Numbered from the stretch's first letter, positions 24,204 to 39,305 are shown. The stretch is 64,000 nt of DNA from Eledone cirrhosa (GCA_964016885.1 OZ024744.1:125798001-125862000), one strand, 5' to 3'. Numbers and translations: made by a program. Notes: a model not told the origin generated them from the letters alone.

Positions 24204-24424
24204 TATATATATGTGTATGTATATATATATATATATATATTGGTAAACGGAATAGAAAATTGTGACAAATTGTTCACAGTGAAAAATAGTTTAATTAGGA
24301 ATAAGTGATAATTAGTAATAGTATTGGTTAGTATTAAGTTTTGGTTTTAAGTTTTACCGGTTGCGCATTTCTAATGCTTTTCAAAAATAATTTTGAGATA
24401 GAGCGTCCGTGATGTTTGCTCTGA

Positions 24425-24468
<44 letters not shown>

Positions 24469-24609
24469 AACAGTAGAAAGGAAAAAGATTTTTTCAGTAG
24501 AAATTGCTGAAGAGATTCTTTCAGTGTAATTTCAAAACATTAATTTATTTATAAAGTGGATATTTCCACATTTAATAATGGCACTGGGTTCAGCATTATA
24601 TACATTGTC

Positions 24610-24960
24610 AATTGTGGATTCTACTTTTGGCACAAGGGCTGCAATTATCCAGTACATTACTGGTACTTTATTATTTATACAAATAATAATTGTTTCTACT
24701 TTTGGCACAAGGGCAGCAATTACCCAGTACATTACTGGTACTTTATTATTTATACAAATAATAATTGTTTCTACTTTAGGCACAAGGTCAGCAATTACCC
24801 AGTACATTACTGGTACTTTATTATTTATACAAATAATAATTGTTTCTACTTTAGGCACAAGGTCAGCAATTACCCCAGTACTTTATTTTATCGACCCCGT
24901 AAGGATGAAAGAAAAGTTAACCTCAACGGGATTTGAACTCAGTCTGTAAAGGGAGGTAAC
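24610..24960 (-). mobile_element. SINE with tandemly amplified 78-bp 3' part (~3.5 copies)
   Basis: 78-bp period; ends in reverse-complement SINE core and B-box (gggatttgaactcag). Confidence 0.7.
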
Positions 24961-25529
24961 TGCTGGATTAATTTGGTTAATTAAGTTAACAGAAATTATG
25001 AACCGGTTTCTACAGAGCCTTCTGGACATTTAACCCTTTAGCATTTAAACCAGCCATACCTAGCCAGAATACTCTCACATCTTTCTGTTCAAACCAGCCA
25101 TAACTGGCCACTCATACTGACGTTAAGGTATTGTTCTCAATATAAATAATATCAAAATCTCATAGATTCGATATTATATGAGATAATTATGTAAGATAAA
25201 GCCTTTACCACAAAAATACAATAGTATATATAGAGTAATAAAAATGCTAAAGGGTAAAAGTAGCTTATTATTTTGTGAGCTCTTGCTACTTATTGCTCTT
25301 GTGCATCAAGAACATACACAGCTTACATTTTGTTGCTAATCTCACTGAGATCCAACTACATCTCTTGTTTATCCATAGTTTGGAATTTCTACCTACTCCT
25401 TTCCTTTAGAATGATCAAGGCCATTTTCTTGTGGGGATCTAGGCCCTGTTTTCCTTTCTATTTTGCCAAGTTATCTTACATCACTTTCATTCTAGACCAT
25501 GCTTCCAGGTTTGGAATTTCTCCTCTAAT

Positions 25530-27240
25530 TTTACCACAGATTAAGTGACAAGGGTTCAATCATGTGCATACAGGAGTTCCCATGGACAGCCAGTAATATG
25601 TAATAGCCTGCAGGATGATAATAAACAGAAGAGGGTTAATTACAGAGCCCTGATAGAGGGTTAATAACAGAGCCCTGATAGACTTGTTCACTCAACTCCT
25701 CACTATAGCCATCATTACTTTTAACCTTACTGACTGCTCCTCCATACATGGCTTTTACTGCTCTCACAAGCCACTCATATACCCCTAGTTTTCTAAGTTA
25801 TACACCAGATTAGGGAAGGGGGAAGTCTCACAGAAGCTCTCTCTGGGTCAACAAATGCCAAGTAGAGGGGCTTATTTTAGCTAGGTACTACTCTTGCAGT
25901 TGCCACACAAGGAAGAGGACATCAGTGGTACTTTTACCTGGCACAAATCCAAACTTCATCTCATCTAGGTTAACTTGGTCCCTAATCAGCTGTGTTATAA
26001 ATCTAACACCTTCATGAAGTGGTCCATCTAATATCTCTATAGTTTTCTAGCTCTAGTACATCTCCTTTGCCCTTGTAGCAGTTGATGATGATGATACTAC
26101 ACCATTTATTTGGTATGACACCATTTTGTATTACATGCTGTACGATACCAGTGGTTAAGATGTGACCCACCATCCCAGATACTTTCAGTATCTCAGCAAC
26201 TATCACCAATGGACAAGATACTTTCTCTGTCTTCATATCCTTAATTACCTTACTTCATATCCTTAATTACCTTACTGCTTACTTGTATGGCTGGACCCTC
26301 TGTTGGGCCCACTTTCCGTAGACTATCTTCCTCCCATGCATTCTCCTCATTCAGTAATCTTTCATAAAGGCATTTCCATGTTACAAAGGTTGGCTGAAAA
26401 GTTCATAGACTATCAATGATAGCATGATGCTAGAGCTGTGAAATCTTGCCTGCATTAATTTCAACTCTTCTTATTAATAACTGCATTGTTTCCTTCCAGG
26501 GACTATGTTGAAAAATAAACCTCATTTGGTCATTCCATGAGTGTATCTTGGTCTGCCTATGAACTTTTCAGCTGACCCTATTCAGCATCAGTGAGCCCAA
26601 ATGCCCCATTATCATCCTGGACACACTTTACCCCAACATCACAATTTGCCCTCACACACTGCCTCACAATCCTGAACATCTCATGTATTTCATCCTCACA
26701 TCATAAAACCAACTGAAATTATATATTCTCTGCTTCCCTCCTTGCAAAGAATACTTCTTGCCTAGCTTCCTGTAGTGTACCCTCCAGCTGCCTCCATTCT
26801 GCCATTATTCCATGCCTGTCTCTTGGCCTTAACTGTCTCATCTACCCTAGTGTTTCACCACCAAGATACTCTCCTCTCTGAAGCCCTGCTCCAGCCACAG
26901 ATCTAGTTTGACACCTTCAGCAAAGGTTCTTTAAGGAACTCCCACTGTTCCCCTATATTGTATGTTTCTATTTGTTCTTCCTTACTGTTGTAAAGATCAA
27001 ACAAAATATCTCTAAATTTGGAACTGGCTGAGGGGTCCTTTAACTTCCATATCCTTCTCCTCCAAGTTGCCCTCAGTCTTCAAGTTCATCTAAGTCTATG
27101 AAATCACTAACTACTGGGTTATGTTGGGAGGTGCATTCTTCCCCAGGGGGTGGGGATTGTGTGTTTACAAATGTCAATATCTCATCTTCTGGTGAGGATA
27201 AAAATCTGACTGGCATGCTCCTCTGACCAATAGGTGTTGA
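25530..27240 (-). mobile_element. Degenerate RTE LINE (also at ~29203-30913 and ~33271-34981)
   Basis: YKGKGD..NYR.I and FGFVPGKSTTD RT motifs, broken by stops and frameshifts. Confidence 0.8.
26382..26582. mobile_element. Tc1/mariner-type MITE inserted in the RTE (copies ~30055-30255, ~34123-34323)
   Basis: Imperfect TIRs ggttggctgaaaagttcatag / ctatgaacttttcagctgacc with TA at the left end. Confidence 0.65.
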
Positions 27241-27293
27241 AGTGGTTGTCGGGTAAACGTTAAGACCCTCTGATATACATATATATATATATA

Positions 27294-27579
27294 CTAGCAG
27301 TGGTACCCGGCGTTGCACGGGATAACGTATTTCGGAACGCGGGCCGCCATCTTCCACTTCAGCCGGTCGCCCTAAAGTGTTGGCTATTCAGTCTACTTGA
27401 GGCCAGTTGGTGAGGGGGGGTAAAGCTTTCAGTGTGCTACTACCCTCACGGTCAAATAGAAAGGGAGAGGAAGAAAAGTCAGCGTTAATATCGTGCTACA
27501 CGTTTGAAAGGTTGGATGACCTTAGAGTTCACCAGGGTGGGGGGTTCTAAAAGTATCTATCTTGGTATTTTATCTTAGA
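27294..27579 (-). mobile_element. Short non-autonomous Helitron-like element (copies ~30967-31252, ~35035-35320)
   Basis: CTAG end with cccggcgttgcacggg hairpin next to (TA)n; reverse complement of 24150-24203; 5' boundary uncertain. Confidence 0.55.
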
Positions 27580-27619
27580 AGTAATCATTACAGAGTGTAC
27601 TGGGTGTATTTTAGTGGGC

Positions 27620-28383
27620 AGTAATTCCATAAAGAACACAGTATAATCTGTGGACACAAGCCTTGCAGTGTGATTACAGGCAGGTTAATGGGAAAGATAG
27701 ATTATATATGTGACATGATGTACATGAGAAGTGAGGACACAGACCACACATGAAATAGATTCCTACAACTGTCAGGGAGGCTCCCTAGAATTACAGATGA
27801 CATATTTCAATATCTCGGTGATCAAGTTAGCAGTGGAGGAAGAATCTCTAAAAGTGTAATACCCAGGATAAGGACAGGCTGGAAGAAGTTTAGAGTACTG
27901 TTCCATCTGTTGACAACAAAGGGCTTCTCTCTCAGAATGGAGGCTAGACTGCTTGATACTTATGTGTGGTCTGCAATCTACACCCCAGCCATGCCCCTTC
28001 CACTACCACTCCTTAGCTATTTCTCTCCATTAATACTCCTCACATTTCAAGCAGTTTTCTCATCTCAATGAAAGAAAAATATTGGGCTCAAGAGAAGTCT
28101 TCAGTTATGCCATGGTGTGGCAACCTCCCTAGGGTTGGGCAGAGTGTAAATGAGAGTGAAATTAGGTATGAGAGGGATCAGATGCAGTATACAAGAGAGT
28201 AGATTACATTGGTATGGTCATGTGATGGGTATAAAGGATGACAGCTGTATAAAAATGTGCTGGGCAATCAAAGTTGATGGAAGTTATGAAGGCGGAAGAC
28301 CTAGGATGACCTGGGATGAGGTGATAAAAGATGACTTTGCACAATTGCAACTCTCAAAGACAATGACACAGGATAGAGATCTT
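27620..28383 (+). mobile_element. RTE LINE 3' fragments (repeated in all three triplication copies)
   Basis: FQYLGDQ.SSGG and RLHWYGHV...GRPR.TW motifs. Confidence 0.75.
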
Positions 28384-31300
28384 ATTTATGTTTATTTACG
28401 TTTAGCGTAATCGATTTGTTTTCGATTTGTTTCCATATCACCACGCGTTTTATTTCATAGTCATAGTTATCAAGTTAGAAAACAAATGAAGTTCAGGGGG
28501 CCGACACTACCGACTTTCTTAAAGAAAAACAATTTAACGCGGGTAACTACAAGATAGGCATCAGTAGTAGTAGCTCCCTAAACTGTTTCCATCCCATTCT
28601 CACTCAGGCTACTGTACCTTCAGAACACCCACCTCCACTGTTAATTTGGTTAATTAAGTTAACAGAAATTATGAACCGGTTTCTACAGAGCCTTCTGGAC
28701 ATTTAACCCTTTAGCATTTAAACCAGCCATACCTAGCCAGAATACTCTCACATCTTTCTGTTCAAACCAGCCATAACTGGCCACTCATACTGACGTTAAG
28801 GTATTGTTCTCAATATAAATAATATCAAAATCTCATAGATTCGATATTATATGAGATAATTATGTAAGATAAAGCCTTTACCACAAAAATACAATAGTAT
28901 ATATAGAGTAATAAAAATGCTAAAGGGTAAAAGTAGCTTATTATTTTGTGAGCTCTTGCTACTTATTGCTCTTGTGCATCAAGAACATACACAGCTTACA
29001 TTTTGTTGCTAATCTCACTGAGATCCAACTACATCTCTTGTTTATCCATAGTTTGGAATTTCTACCTACTCCTTTCCTTTAGAATGATCAAGGCCATTTT
29101 CTTGTGGGGATCTAGGCCCTGTTTTCCTTTCTATTTTGCCAAGTTATCTTACATCACTTTCATTCTAGACCATGCTTCCAGGTTTGGAATTTCTCCTCTA
29201 ATTTTACCACAGATTAAGTGACAAGGGTTCAATCATGTGCATACAGGAGTTCCCATGGACAGCCAGTAATATGTAATAGCCTGCAGGATGATAATAAACA
29301 GAAGAGGGTTAATTACAGAGCCCTGATAGAGGGTTAATAACAGAGCCCTGATAGACTTGTTCACTCAACTCCTCACTATAGCCATCATTACTTTTAACCT
29401 TACTGACTGCTCCTCCATACATGGCTTTTACTGCTCTCACAAGCCACTCATATACCCCTAGTTTTCTAAGTTATACACCAGATTAGGGAAGGGGGAAGTC
29501 TCACAGAAGCTCTCTCTGGGTCAACAAATGCCAAGTAGAGGGGCTTATTTTAGCTAGGTACTACTCTTGCAGTTGCCACACAAGGAAGAGGACATCAGTG
29601 GTACTTTTACCTGGCACAAATCCAAACTTCATCTCATCTAGGTTAACTTGGTCCCTAATCAGCTGTGTTATAAATCTAACACCTTCATGAAGTGGTCCAT
29701 CTAATATCTCTATAGTTTTCTAGCTCTAGTACATCTCCTTTGCCCTTGTAGCAGTTGATGATGATGATACTACACCATTTATTTGGTATGACACCATTTT
29801 GTATTACATGCTGTACGATACCAGTGGTTAAGATGTGACCCACCATCCCAGATACTTTCAGTATCTCAGCAACTATCACCAATGGACAAGATACTTTCTC
29901 TGTCTTCATATCCTTAATTACCTTACTTCATATCCTTAATTACCTTACTGCTTACTTGTATGGCTGGACCCTCTGTTGGGCCCACTTTCCGTAGACTATC
30001 TTCCTCCCATGCATTCTCCTCATTCAGTAATCTTTCATAAAGGCATTTCCATGTTACAAAGGTTGGCTGAAAAGTTCATAGACTATCAATGATAGCATGA
30101 TGCTAGAGCTGTGAAATCTTGCCTGCATTAATTTCAACTCTTCTTATTAATAACTGCATTGTTTCCTTCCAGGGACTATGTTGAAAAATAAACCTCATTT
30201 GGTCATTCCATGAGTGTATCTTGGTCTGCCTATGAACTTTTCAGCTGACCCTATTCAGCATCAGTGAGCCCAAATGCCCCATTATCATCCTGGACACACT
30301 TTACCCCAACATCACAATTTGCCCTCACACACTGCCTCACAATCCTGAACATCTCATGTATTTCATCCTCACATCATAAAACCAACTGAAATTATATATT
30401 CTCTGCTTCCCTCCTTGCAAAGAATACTTCTTGCCTAGCTTCCTGTAGTGTACCCTCCAGCTGCCTCCATTCTGCCATTATTCCATGCCTGTCTCTTGGC
30501 CTTAACTGTCTCATCTACCCTAGTGTTTCACCACCAAGATACTCTCCTCTCTGAAGCCCTGCTCCAGCCACAGATCTAGTTTGACACCTTCAGCAAAGGT
30601 TCTTTAAGGAACTCCCACTGTTCCCCTATATTGTATGTTTCTATTTGTTCTTCCTTACTGTTGTAAAGATCAAACAAAATATCTCTAAATTTGGAACTGG
30701 CTGAGGGGTCCTTTAACTTCCATATCCTTCTCCTCCAAGTTGCCCTCAGTCTTCAAGTTCATCTAAGTCTATGAAATCACTAACTACTGGGTTATGTTGG
30801 GAGGTGCATTCTTCCCCAGGGGGTGGGGATTGTGTGTTTACAAATGTCAATATCTCATCTTCTGGTGAGGATAAAAATCTGACTGGCATGCTCCTCTGAC
30901 CAATAGGTGTTGAAGTGGTTGTCGGGTAAACGTTAAGACCCTCTGATATACATATATATATATATACTAGCAGTGGTACCCGGCGTTGCACGGGATAACG
31001 TATTTCGGAATGCGGGCCGCCATCTTCCACTTCAGCCGGTCGCCCTAAAGTGTTGGCTATTCAGTCTACTTGAGGCCAGTTGGTGAGGGGGGGTAAAGCT
31101 TTCAGTGTGCTACTACCCTCACGGTCAAATAGAAAGGGAGAGGAAGAAAAGTCAGCGTTAATATCGTGCTACACGTTTGAAAGGTTGGATGACCTTAGAG
31201 TTCACCAGGGTGGGGGGTTCTAAAAGTATCTATCTTGGTATTTTATCTTAGAAGTAATCATTACAGAGTGTACTGGGTGTATTTTAGTGGGCAGTAATTC

Positions 31301-34300
31301 CATAAAGAACACAGTATAATCTGTGGACACAAGCCTTGCAGTGTGATTACAGGCAGGTTAATGGGAAAGATAGATTATATATGTGACATGATGTACATGA
31401 GAAGTGAGGACACAGACCACACATGAAATAGATTCCTACAACTGTCAGGGAGGCTCCCTAGAATTACAGATGACATATTTCAATATCTCGGTGATCAAGT
31501 TAGCAGTGGAGGAAGAATCTCTAAAAGTGTAATACCCAGGATAAGGACAGGCTGGAAGAAGTTTAGAGTACTGTTCCATCTGTTGACAACAAAGGGCTTC
31601 TCTCTCAGAATGGAGGCTAGACTGCTTGATACTTATGTGTGGTCTGCAATCTACACCCCAGCCATGCCCCTTCCACTACCACTCCTTAGCTATTTCTCTC
31701 CATTAATACTCCTCACATTTCAAGCAGTTTTCTCATCTCAATGAAAGAAAAATATTGGGCTCAAGAGAAGTCTTCAGTTATGCCATGGTGTGGCAACCTC
31801 CCTAGGGTTGGGCAGAGTGTAAATGAGAGTGAAATTAGGTATGAGAGGGATCAGATGCAGTATACAAGAGAGTAGATTACATTGGTATGGTCATGTGATG
31901 GGTATAAAGGATGACAGCTGTATAAAAATGTGCTGGGCAATCAAAGTTGATGGAAGTTATGAAGGCGGAAGACCTAGGATGAGGTGATAAAAGATGACTT
32001 TGCACAATTGCAACTCTCAAAGACAATGACACAGGATAGAGATCTTATTTATGTTTATTTACGTTTAGCGTAATCGATTTGTTTTCGATTTGTTTCCATA
32101 TCACCACGCGTTTTATTTCATAGTCATAGTTATCAAGTTAGAAAACAAATGAAGTTCAGGGGGCCGACACTACCGACTTTCTTAAAGAAAAACAATTTAA
32201 CGCGGGTAACTACAAGATAACCTTGATTTGTAATACTGGCAGACATTGAAATATTTAAAATTCTCTATAATTTCCTTTTTATCAGGTCCCAAGCAGTAAC
32301 ACTTCGAATATTTCAATAAATATTAACCAGTTACTCCCGTTTTCGTTCTTTCTTTAATGTGCACTCTTTCTTTCTTTAATGTGCATTCTTTCTTTCCTCT
32401 ACACTGCATCTGACCTCTCTTATACCTAGTTTCTCTCTCAGTTTATTAATGCTTGTTGTTCATGCACACTATTACACATCTATCAGATCCTGTAAACTTC
32501 ATTTCTTTCCAGTCTTTATAGGTCCTCTGAATATATTGCCCTGGTCTCACTTCAATGTAACATTGCTGTTTGTACACAGACTTCATACAATTTGCCTTTC
32601 ACTTTCAGGGGAAATCATTTTGTAGGCATCAGTAGTAGTAGCTCCCTAAACTGTTTCCATCCCATTCTCACTCAGGCTACTGTACCTTCAGAACACCCAC
32701 CTCCACTGTTAATTTGGTTAATTAAGTTAACAGAAATTATGAACCGGTTTCTACAGAGCCTTCTGGACATTTAACCCTTTAGCATTTAAACCAGCCATAC
32801 CTAGCCAGAATACTCTCACATCTTTCTGTTCAAACCAGCCATAACTGGCCACTCATACTGACGTTAAGGTATTGTTCTCAATATAAATAATATCAAAATC
32901 TCATAGATTCGATATTATATGAGATAATTATGTAAGATAAAGCCTTTACCACAAAAATACAATAGTATATATAGAGTAATAAAAATGCTAAAGGGTAAAA
33001 GTAGCTTATTATTTTGTGAGCTCTTGCTACTTATTGCTCTTGTGCATCAAGAACATACACAGCTTACATTTTGTTGCTAATCTCACTGAGATCCAACTAC
33101 ATCTCTTGTTTATCCATAGTTTGGAATTTCTACCTACTCCTTTCCTTTAGAATGATCAAGGCCATTTTCTTGTGGGGATCTAGGCCCTGTTTTCCTTTCT
33201 ATTTTGCCAAGTTATCTTACATCACTTTCATTCTAGACCATGCTTCCAGGTTTGGAATTTCTCCTCTAATTTTACCACAGATTAAGTGACAAGGGTTCAA
33301 TCATGTGCATACAGGAGTTCCCATGGACAGCCAGTAATATGTAATAGCCTGCAGGATGATAATAAACAGAAGAGGGTTAATTACAGAGCCCTGATAGAGG
33401 GTTAATAACAGAGCCCTGATAGACTTGTTCACTCAACTCCTCACTATAGCCATCATTACTTTTAACCTTACTGACTGCTCCTCCATACATGGCTTTTACT
33501 GCTCTCACAAGCCACTCATATACCCCTAGTTTTCTAAGTTATACACCAGATTAGGGAAGGGGGAAGTCTCACAGAAGCTCTCTCTGGGTCAACAAATGCC
33601 AAGTAGAGGGGCTTATTTTAGCTAGGTACTACTCTTGCAGTTGCCACACAAGGAAGAGGACATCAGTGGTACTTTTACCTGGCACAAATCCAAACTTCAT
33701 CTCATCTAGGTTAACTTGGTCCCTAATCAGCTGTGTTATAAATCTAACACCTTCATGAAGTGGTCCATCTAATATCTCTATAGTTTTCTAGCTCTAGTAC
33801 ATCTCCTTTGCCCTTGTAGCAGTTGATGATGATGATACTACACCATTTATTTGGTATGACACCATTTTGTATTACATGCTGTACGATACCAGTGGTTAAG
33901 ATGTGACCCACCATCCCAGATACTTTCAGTATCTCAGCAACTATCACCAATGGACAAGATACTTTCTCTGTCTTCATATCCTTAATTACCTTACTTCATA
34001 TCCTTAATTACCTTACTGCTTACTTGTATGGCTGGACCCTCTGTTGGGCCCACTTTCCGTAGACTATCTTCCTCCCATGCATTCTCCTCATTCAGTAATC
34101 TTTCATAAAGGCATTTCCATGTTACAAAGGTTGGCTGAAAAGTTCATAGACTATCAATGATAGCATGATGCTAGAGCTGTGAAATCTTGCCTGCATTAAT
34201 TTCAACTCTTCTTATTAATAACTGCATTGTTTCCTTCCAGGGACTATGTTGAAAAATAAACCTCATTTGGTCATTCCATGAGTGTATCTTGGTCTGCCTA

Positions 34301-36254
34301 TGAACTTTTCAGCTGACCCTATTCAGCATCAGTGAGCCCAAATGCCCCATTATCATCCTGGACACACTTTACCCCAACATCACAATTTGCCCTCACACAC
34401 TGCCTCACAATCCTGAACATCTCATGTATTTCATCCTCACATCATAAAACCAACTGAAATTATATATTCTCTGCTTCCCTCCTTGCAAAGAATACTTCTT
34501 GCCTAGCTTCCTGTAGTGTACCCTCCAGCTGCCTCCATTCTGCCATTATTCCATGCCTGTCTCTTGGCCTTAACTGTCTCATCTACCCTAGTGTTTCACC
34601 ACCAAGATACTCTCCTCTCTGAAGCCCTGCTCCAGCCACAGATCTAGTTTGACACCTTCAGCAAAGGTTCTTTAAGGAACTCCCACTGTTCCCCTATATT
34701 GTATGTTTCTATTTGTTCTTCCTTACTGTTGTAAAGATCAAACAAAATATCTCTAAATTTGGAACTGGCTGAGGGGTCCTTTAACTTCCATATCCTTCTC
34801 CTCCAAGTTGCCCTCAGTCTTCAAGTTCATCTAAGTCTATGAAATCACTAACTACTGGGTTATGTTGGGAGGTGCATTCTTCCCCAGGGGGTGGGGATTG
34901 TGTGTTTACAAATGTCAATATCTCATCTTCTGGTGAGGATAAAAATCTGACTGGCATGCTCCTCTGACCAATAGGTGTTGAAGTGGTTGTCGGGTAAACG
35001 TTAAGACCCTCTGATATACATATATATATATATACTAGCAGTGGTACCCGGCGTTGCACGGGATAACGTATTTCGGAACGCGGGCCGCCATCTTCCACTT
35101 CAGCCGGTCGCCCTAAAGTGTTGGCTATTCAGTCTACTTGAGGCCAGTTGGTGAGGGGGGGTAAAGCTTTCAGTGTGCTACTACCCTCACGGTCAAATAG
35201 AAAGGGAGAGGAAGAAAAGTCAGCGTTAATATCGTGCTACACGTTTGAAAGGTTGGATGACCTTAGAGTTCACCAGGGTGGGGGGTTCTAAAAGTATCTA
35301 TCTTGGTATTTTATCTTAGAAGTAATCATTACAGAGTGTACTGGGTGTATTTTAGTGGGCAGTAATTCCATAAAGAACACAGTATAATCTGTGGACACAA
35401 GCCTTGCAGTGTGATTACAGGCAGGTTAATGGGAAAGATAGATTATATATGTGACATGATGTACATGAGAAGTGAGGACACAGACCACACATGAAATAGA
35501 TTCCTACAACTGTCAGGGAGGCTCCCTAGAATTACAGATGACATATTTCAATATCTCGGTGATCAAGTTAGCAGTGGAGGAAGAATCTCTAAAAGTGTAA
35601 TACCCAGGATAAGGACAGGCTGGAAGAAGTTTAGAGTACTGTTCCATCTGTTGACAACAAAGGGCTTCTCTCTCAGAATGGAGGCTAGACTGCTTGATAC
35701 TTATGTGTGGTCTGCAATCTACACCCCAGCCATGCCCCTTCCACTACCACTCCTTAGCTATTTCTCTCCATTAATACTCCTCACATTTCAAGCAGTTTTC
35801 TCATCTCAATGAAAGAAAAATATTGGGCTCAAGAGAAGTCTTCAGTTATGCCATGGTGTGGCAACCTCCCTAGGGTTGGGCAGAGTGTAAATGAGAGTGA
35901 AATTAGGTATGAGAGGGATCATATGCAGTATACAAGAGAGTAGATTACATTGGTATGGTCATGTGATGGGTATAAAGGATGACAGCTGTATAAAAATGTG
36001 CTGGGCAATCAAAGTTGATGGAAGTTATGAAGGCGGAAGACCCAGGATGACCTGGGATGAGGTGATAAAAGATGACTTTGCACAATTGCAACTCTCAAAG
36101 ACAATGACACAGGATAGAGATCTTGAGATGTATGCAGCAATACAGAAGGCCTGCTTTCCAATGTGCACGGACTCAAACATACATCTAGTAGGCCCCTCCT
36201 AACCACTATACTCCTTTCCAAACTCCCACACTCCCACTTCTGTACACACCACCT

Positions 36255-36822
36255 TTAGACTGTAAAGTGGTAGTGTACAAGTCACAACAAAAGCACCCAG
36301 TCCACTCTGTAAAGTTGATGTGTTGGTGTCATAACAAAAGGCACTCAGTCCACTCTGTAAAGAGGTTGTGTAAGTGTCACAACAAAGACATCTAGTCCAC
36401 ACTGTAAAGTGGTCATGTAGGTGTCACAACAAAAAGTACCAGTCATTATTGTAAAGTGGTTGTATAGGTGTCATAACAAAAAGCACCCAGTCGACACTGT
36501 AAAGTGGTTGTGTAGGTGTCAGAACCAAAAGCACCCAGTCCACCCTGTAAAGTGGTTGTGTAGGTGTCATGATAAAAAGCACCCAGTCCACACAGTAAAG
36601 TGGTCATGTAGGTGTCACTAAAAAAGCACCCAGTCTACTCTGTAAAGTGGTCATGTAGGTGTCATGACAAATAGCACCCAGTCCACCCTGTAAAGTGTTC
36701 ATGTAGGTGTCATGATGGAGAGTAACCAGTCCACAATGTAAAGTAGCCATGTAGCTGTCACAACAAAGCACCCAGTCCACACTGTAAAGTGGTCATGTAG
36801 GTGTCATTTCAAAAAGCACCCA
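36255..36822. repeat. 48-bp minisatellite, ~12 copies
   Basis: ctgtaaagtggt..taggtgtca..aaaagcacccagtccaca at 48-bp period. Confidence 0.9.
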
Positions 36823-36824
36823 GG

Positions 36825-37010
36825 TCCATGGCTTGGCCTGCTAACCGACGCTATACCCAAGTCGGTCGCCATGCTTTCCAGCATAGAGTTACGTCTCTTT
36901 ATGGTCTGAGTTCAAATCACGCCGAGGTTAACTTTGCCTTTCATCCTTACGGGGTCGATAAAATAAAGCACCAGTAATGTACTGGGGTCGATTTAATCGA
37001 CTTTCCCCTC
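36825..37010 (+). mobile_element. tRNA-derived SINE with MetaSINE-like core (further fragments at ~3978-4050 and ~7390-7470)
   Basis: B-box gagttcaaatc followed by ctttgcctttcatccttacggggtcgataaa core; family assignment recalled, not searched. Confidence 0.7.
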
Positions 37011-37053
37011 CTCTGCCAAATGACACACACATGCATGGTTCGGGGGAACCTAC

Positions 37054-37099
<46 letters not shown>

Positions 37100-38261
37100 G
37101 TAGGTCACTGGTTGAGTCGGTATTAACCACAGTAACTAAGGTACTCAATACATATTAGATATAGGTGTCTTTCTAATTGCTGGCCTTGTTCATAAGGTAT
37201 ACACAAGTATGATGTGTGTCTGTTTAACTGTACGTGTGAAAACATCGCGAAATTGCGCCTTTTAATATTTGAATATAAACAGTTAAAAAATAATTATTTT
37301 AGTAATTTTTAAATATCGATAATGTGTATATAAATATTAGAAATCAATTTAATTAGTTCAGTAACATTACTCGGAGTTAAGATAAACCTTCATTTGAAGA
37401 AATTCGAGATTTGACCAAATAAATAGATTATGTGATCAATAAAAAAAATATGTATACGCGCTTGAACGACGGGTTGCAGACAGTCAGGCATACAGACACA
37501 TATTTTAAAGCGTGCGACGTTAAAAGTGTTACTCTCTCTCTTTTTAGATAGATAGACTTAATTAAAGCAGTTTCACTCTCTCTATATTTCATCAGCTCCC
37601 TCTCTCTTAAATTGAAAGATTCATTAAGGCTGAAATAATCTAAACAGTAACATCATTTTTCGCCAGCTCTAGCTTGCGTCCAGAGATATACACACACATA
37701 TATATATATTTTTTTTGTTATCGAGTTGAGCTTTGCCAAGCATAGAATTCCAAATTTGACCATCTCCACTGAAAATGTTCGTGAAATAGTCTTTAAGAAG
37801 CAATTTAATTTTTTCCAACTGAAACTGTAAGTATTTTAAAATTTATTTCAACATGGTCTTAAAAGATTGTTGGCTTTTTTTAAATTCATAACTATTTACT
37901 ATGAAATATAAATTATTAAATCCAATTTATTTGATAACCATGATTTGATTTTATAATTACCTGAATCACGTTAACATGTATGTATATATATACACACACA
38001 CGTGTGTGTATATATATATATATATAATAATTGTTTCTACGTTACGCAGTGTATTACTGGTACTGTATTTTACGATATTAAATATTAAATATTAACTATT
38101 AGATATTAAATATTAAATATTAGATATTAGATATTAAATATTAAATATTAAATATGATATCCCTGAAATATATATAATGAAATAAATATGGTTTTATAAA
38201 TGTAATTTCCATTTGTTTAATATCAAATATATATATATATATATATATGTATTTATGTATA

Positions 38262-38313
<52 letters not shown>

Positions 38314-38539
38314 GCAGACACAGACACAGAATATCGTATATATCACACACACACAATTAAGACTTGACGTGTTGCAGACAGCCAGACATACAGAGAGATA
38401 TTTTAAAGCGTGCGACCTTACATGCCTTACTCTTTCTCTTATCAAAAGAGAAAGAGTAATGCTAACACTTACGTCTACTTCACGCTCTCTTGAACCGTTA
38501 CAGAAATTGCATCACATCTAATTATAACTTTGTACGTTT

Positions 38540-39158
<619 letters not shown>

Positions 39159-39305
39159 ATAATAATAATAATAATGAAATGATTGTGTACAGTGCTCAGG
39201 TGCACTACAACTCATCAAAGGTGCATGTATAGTACATAGAATAATGTACAAACATCAGTAAAATGAACAGTGCACACATGTGTGCATGTGTATGGAAGGG
39301 GCACA

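Larger units (their letters stand above)
24968..36124. repeat. Tandem triplication of a 3.7-4.1-kb block (copies start at 24968, 28641, 32709)
   Basis: Near-identical ORFs at offsets 3673 and 7741. Confidence 0.95.
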
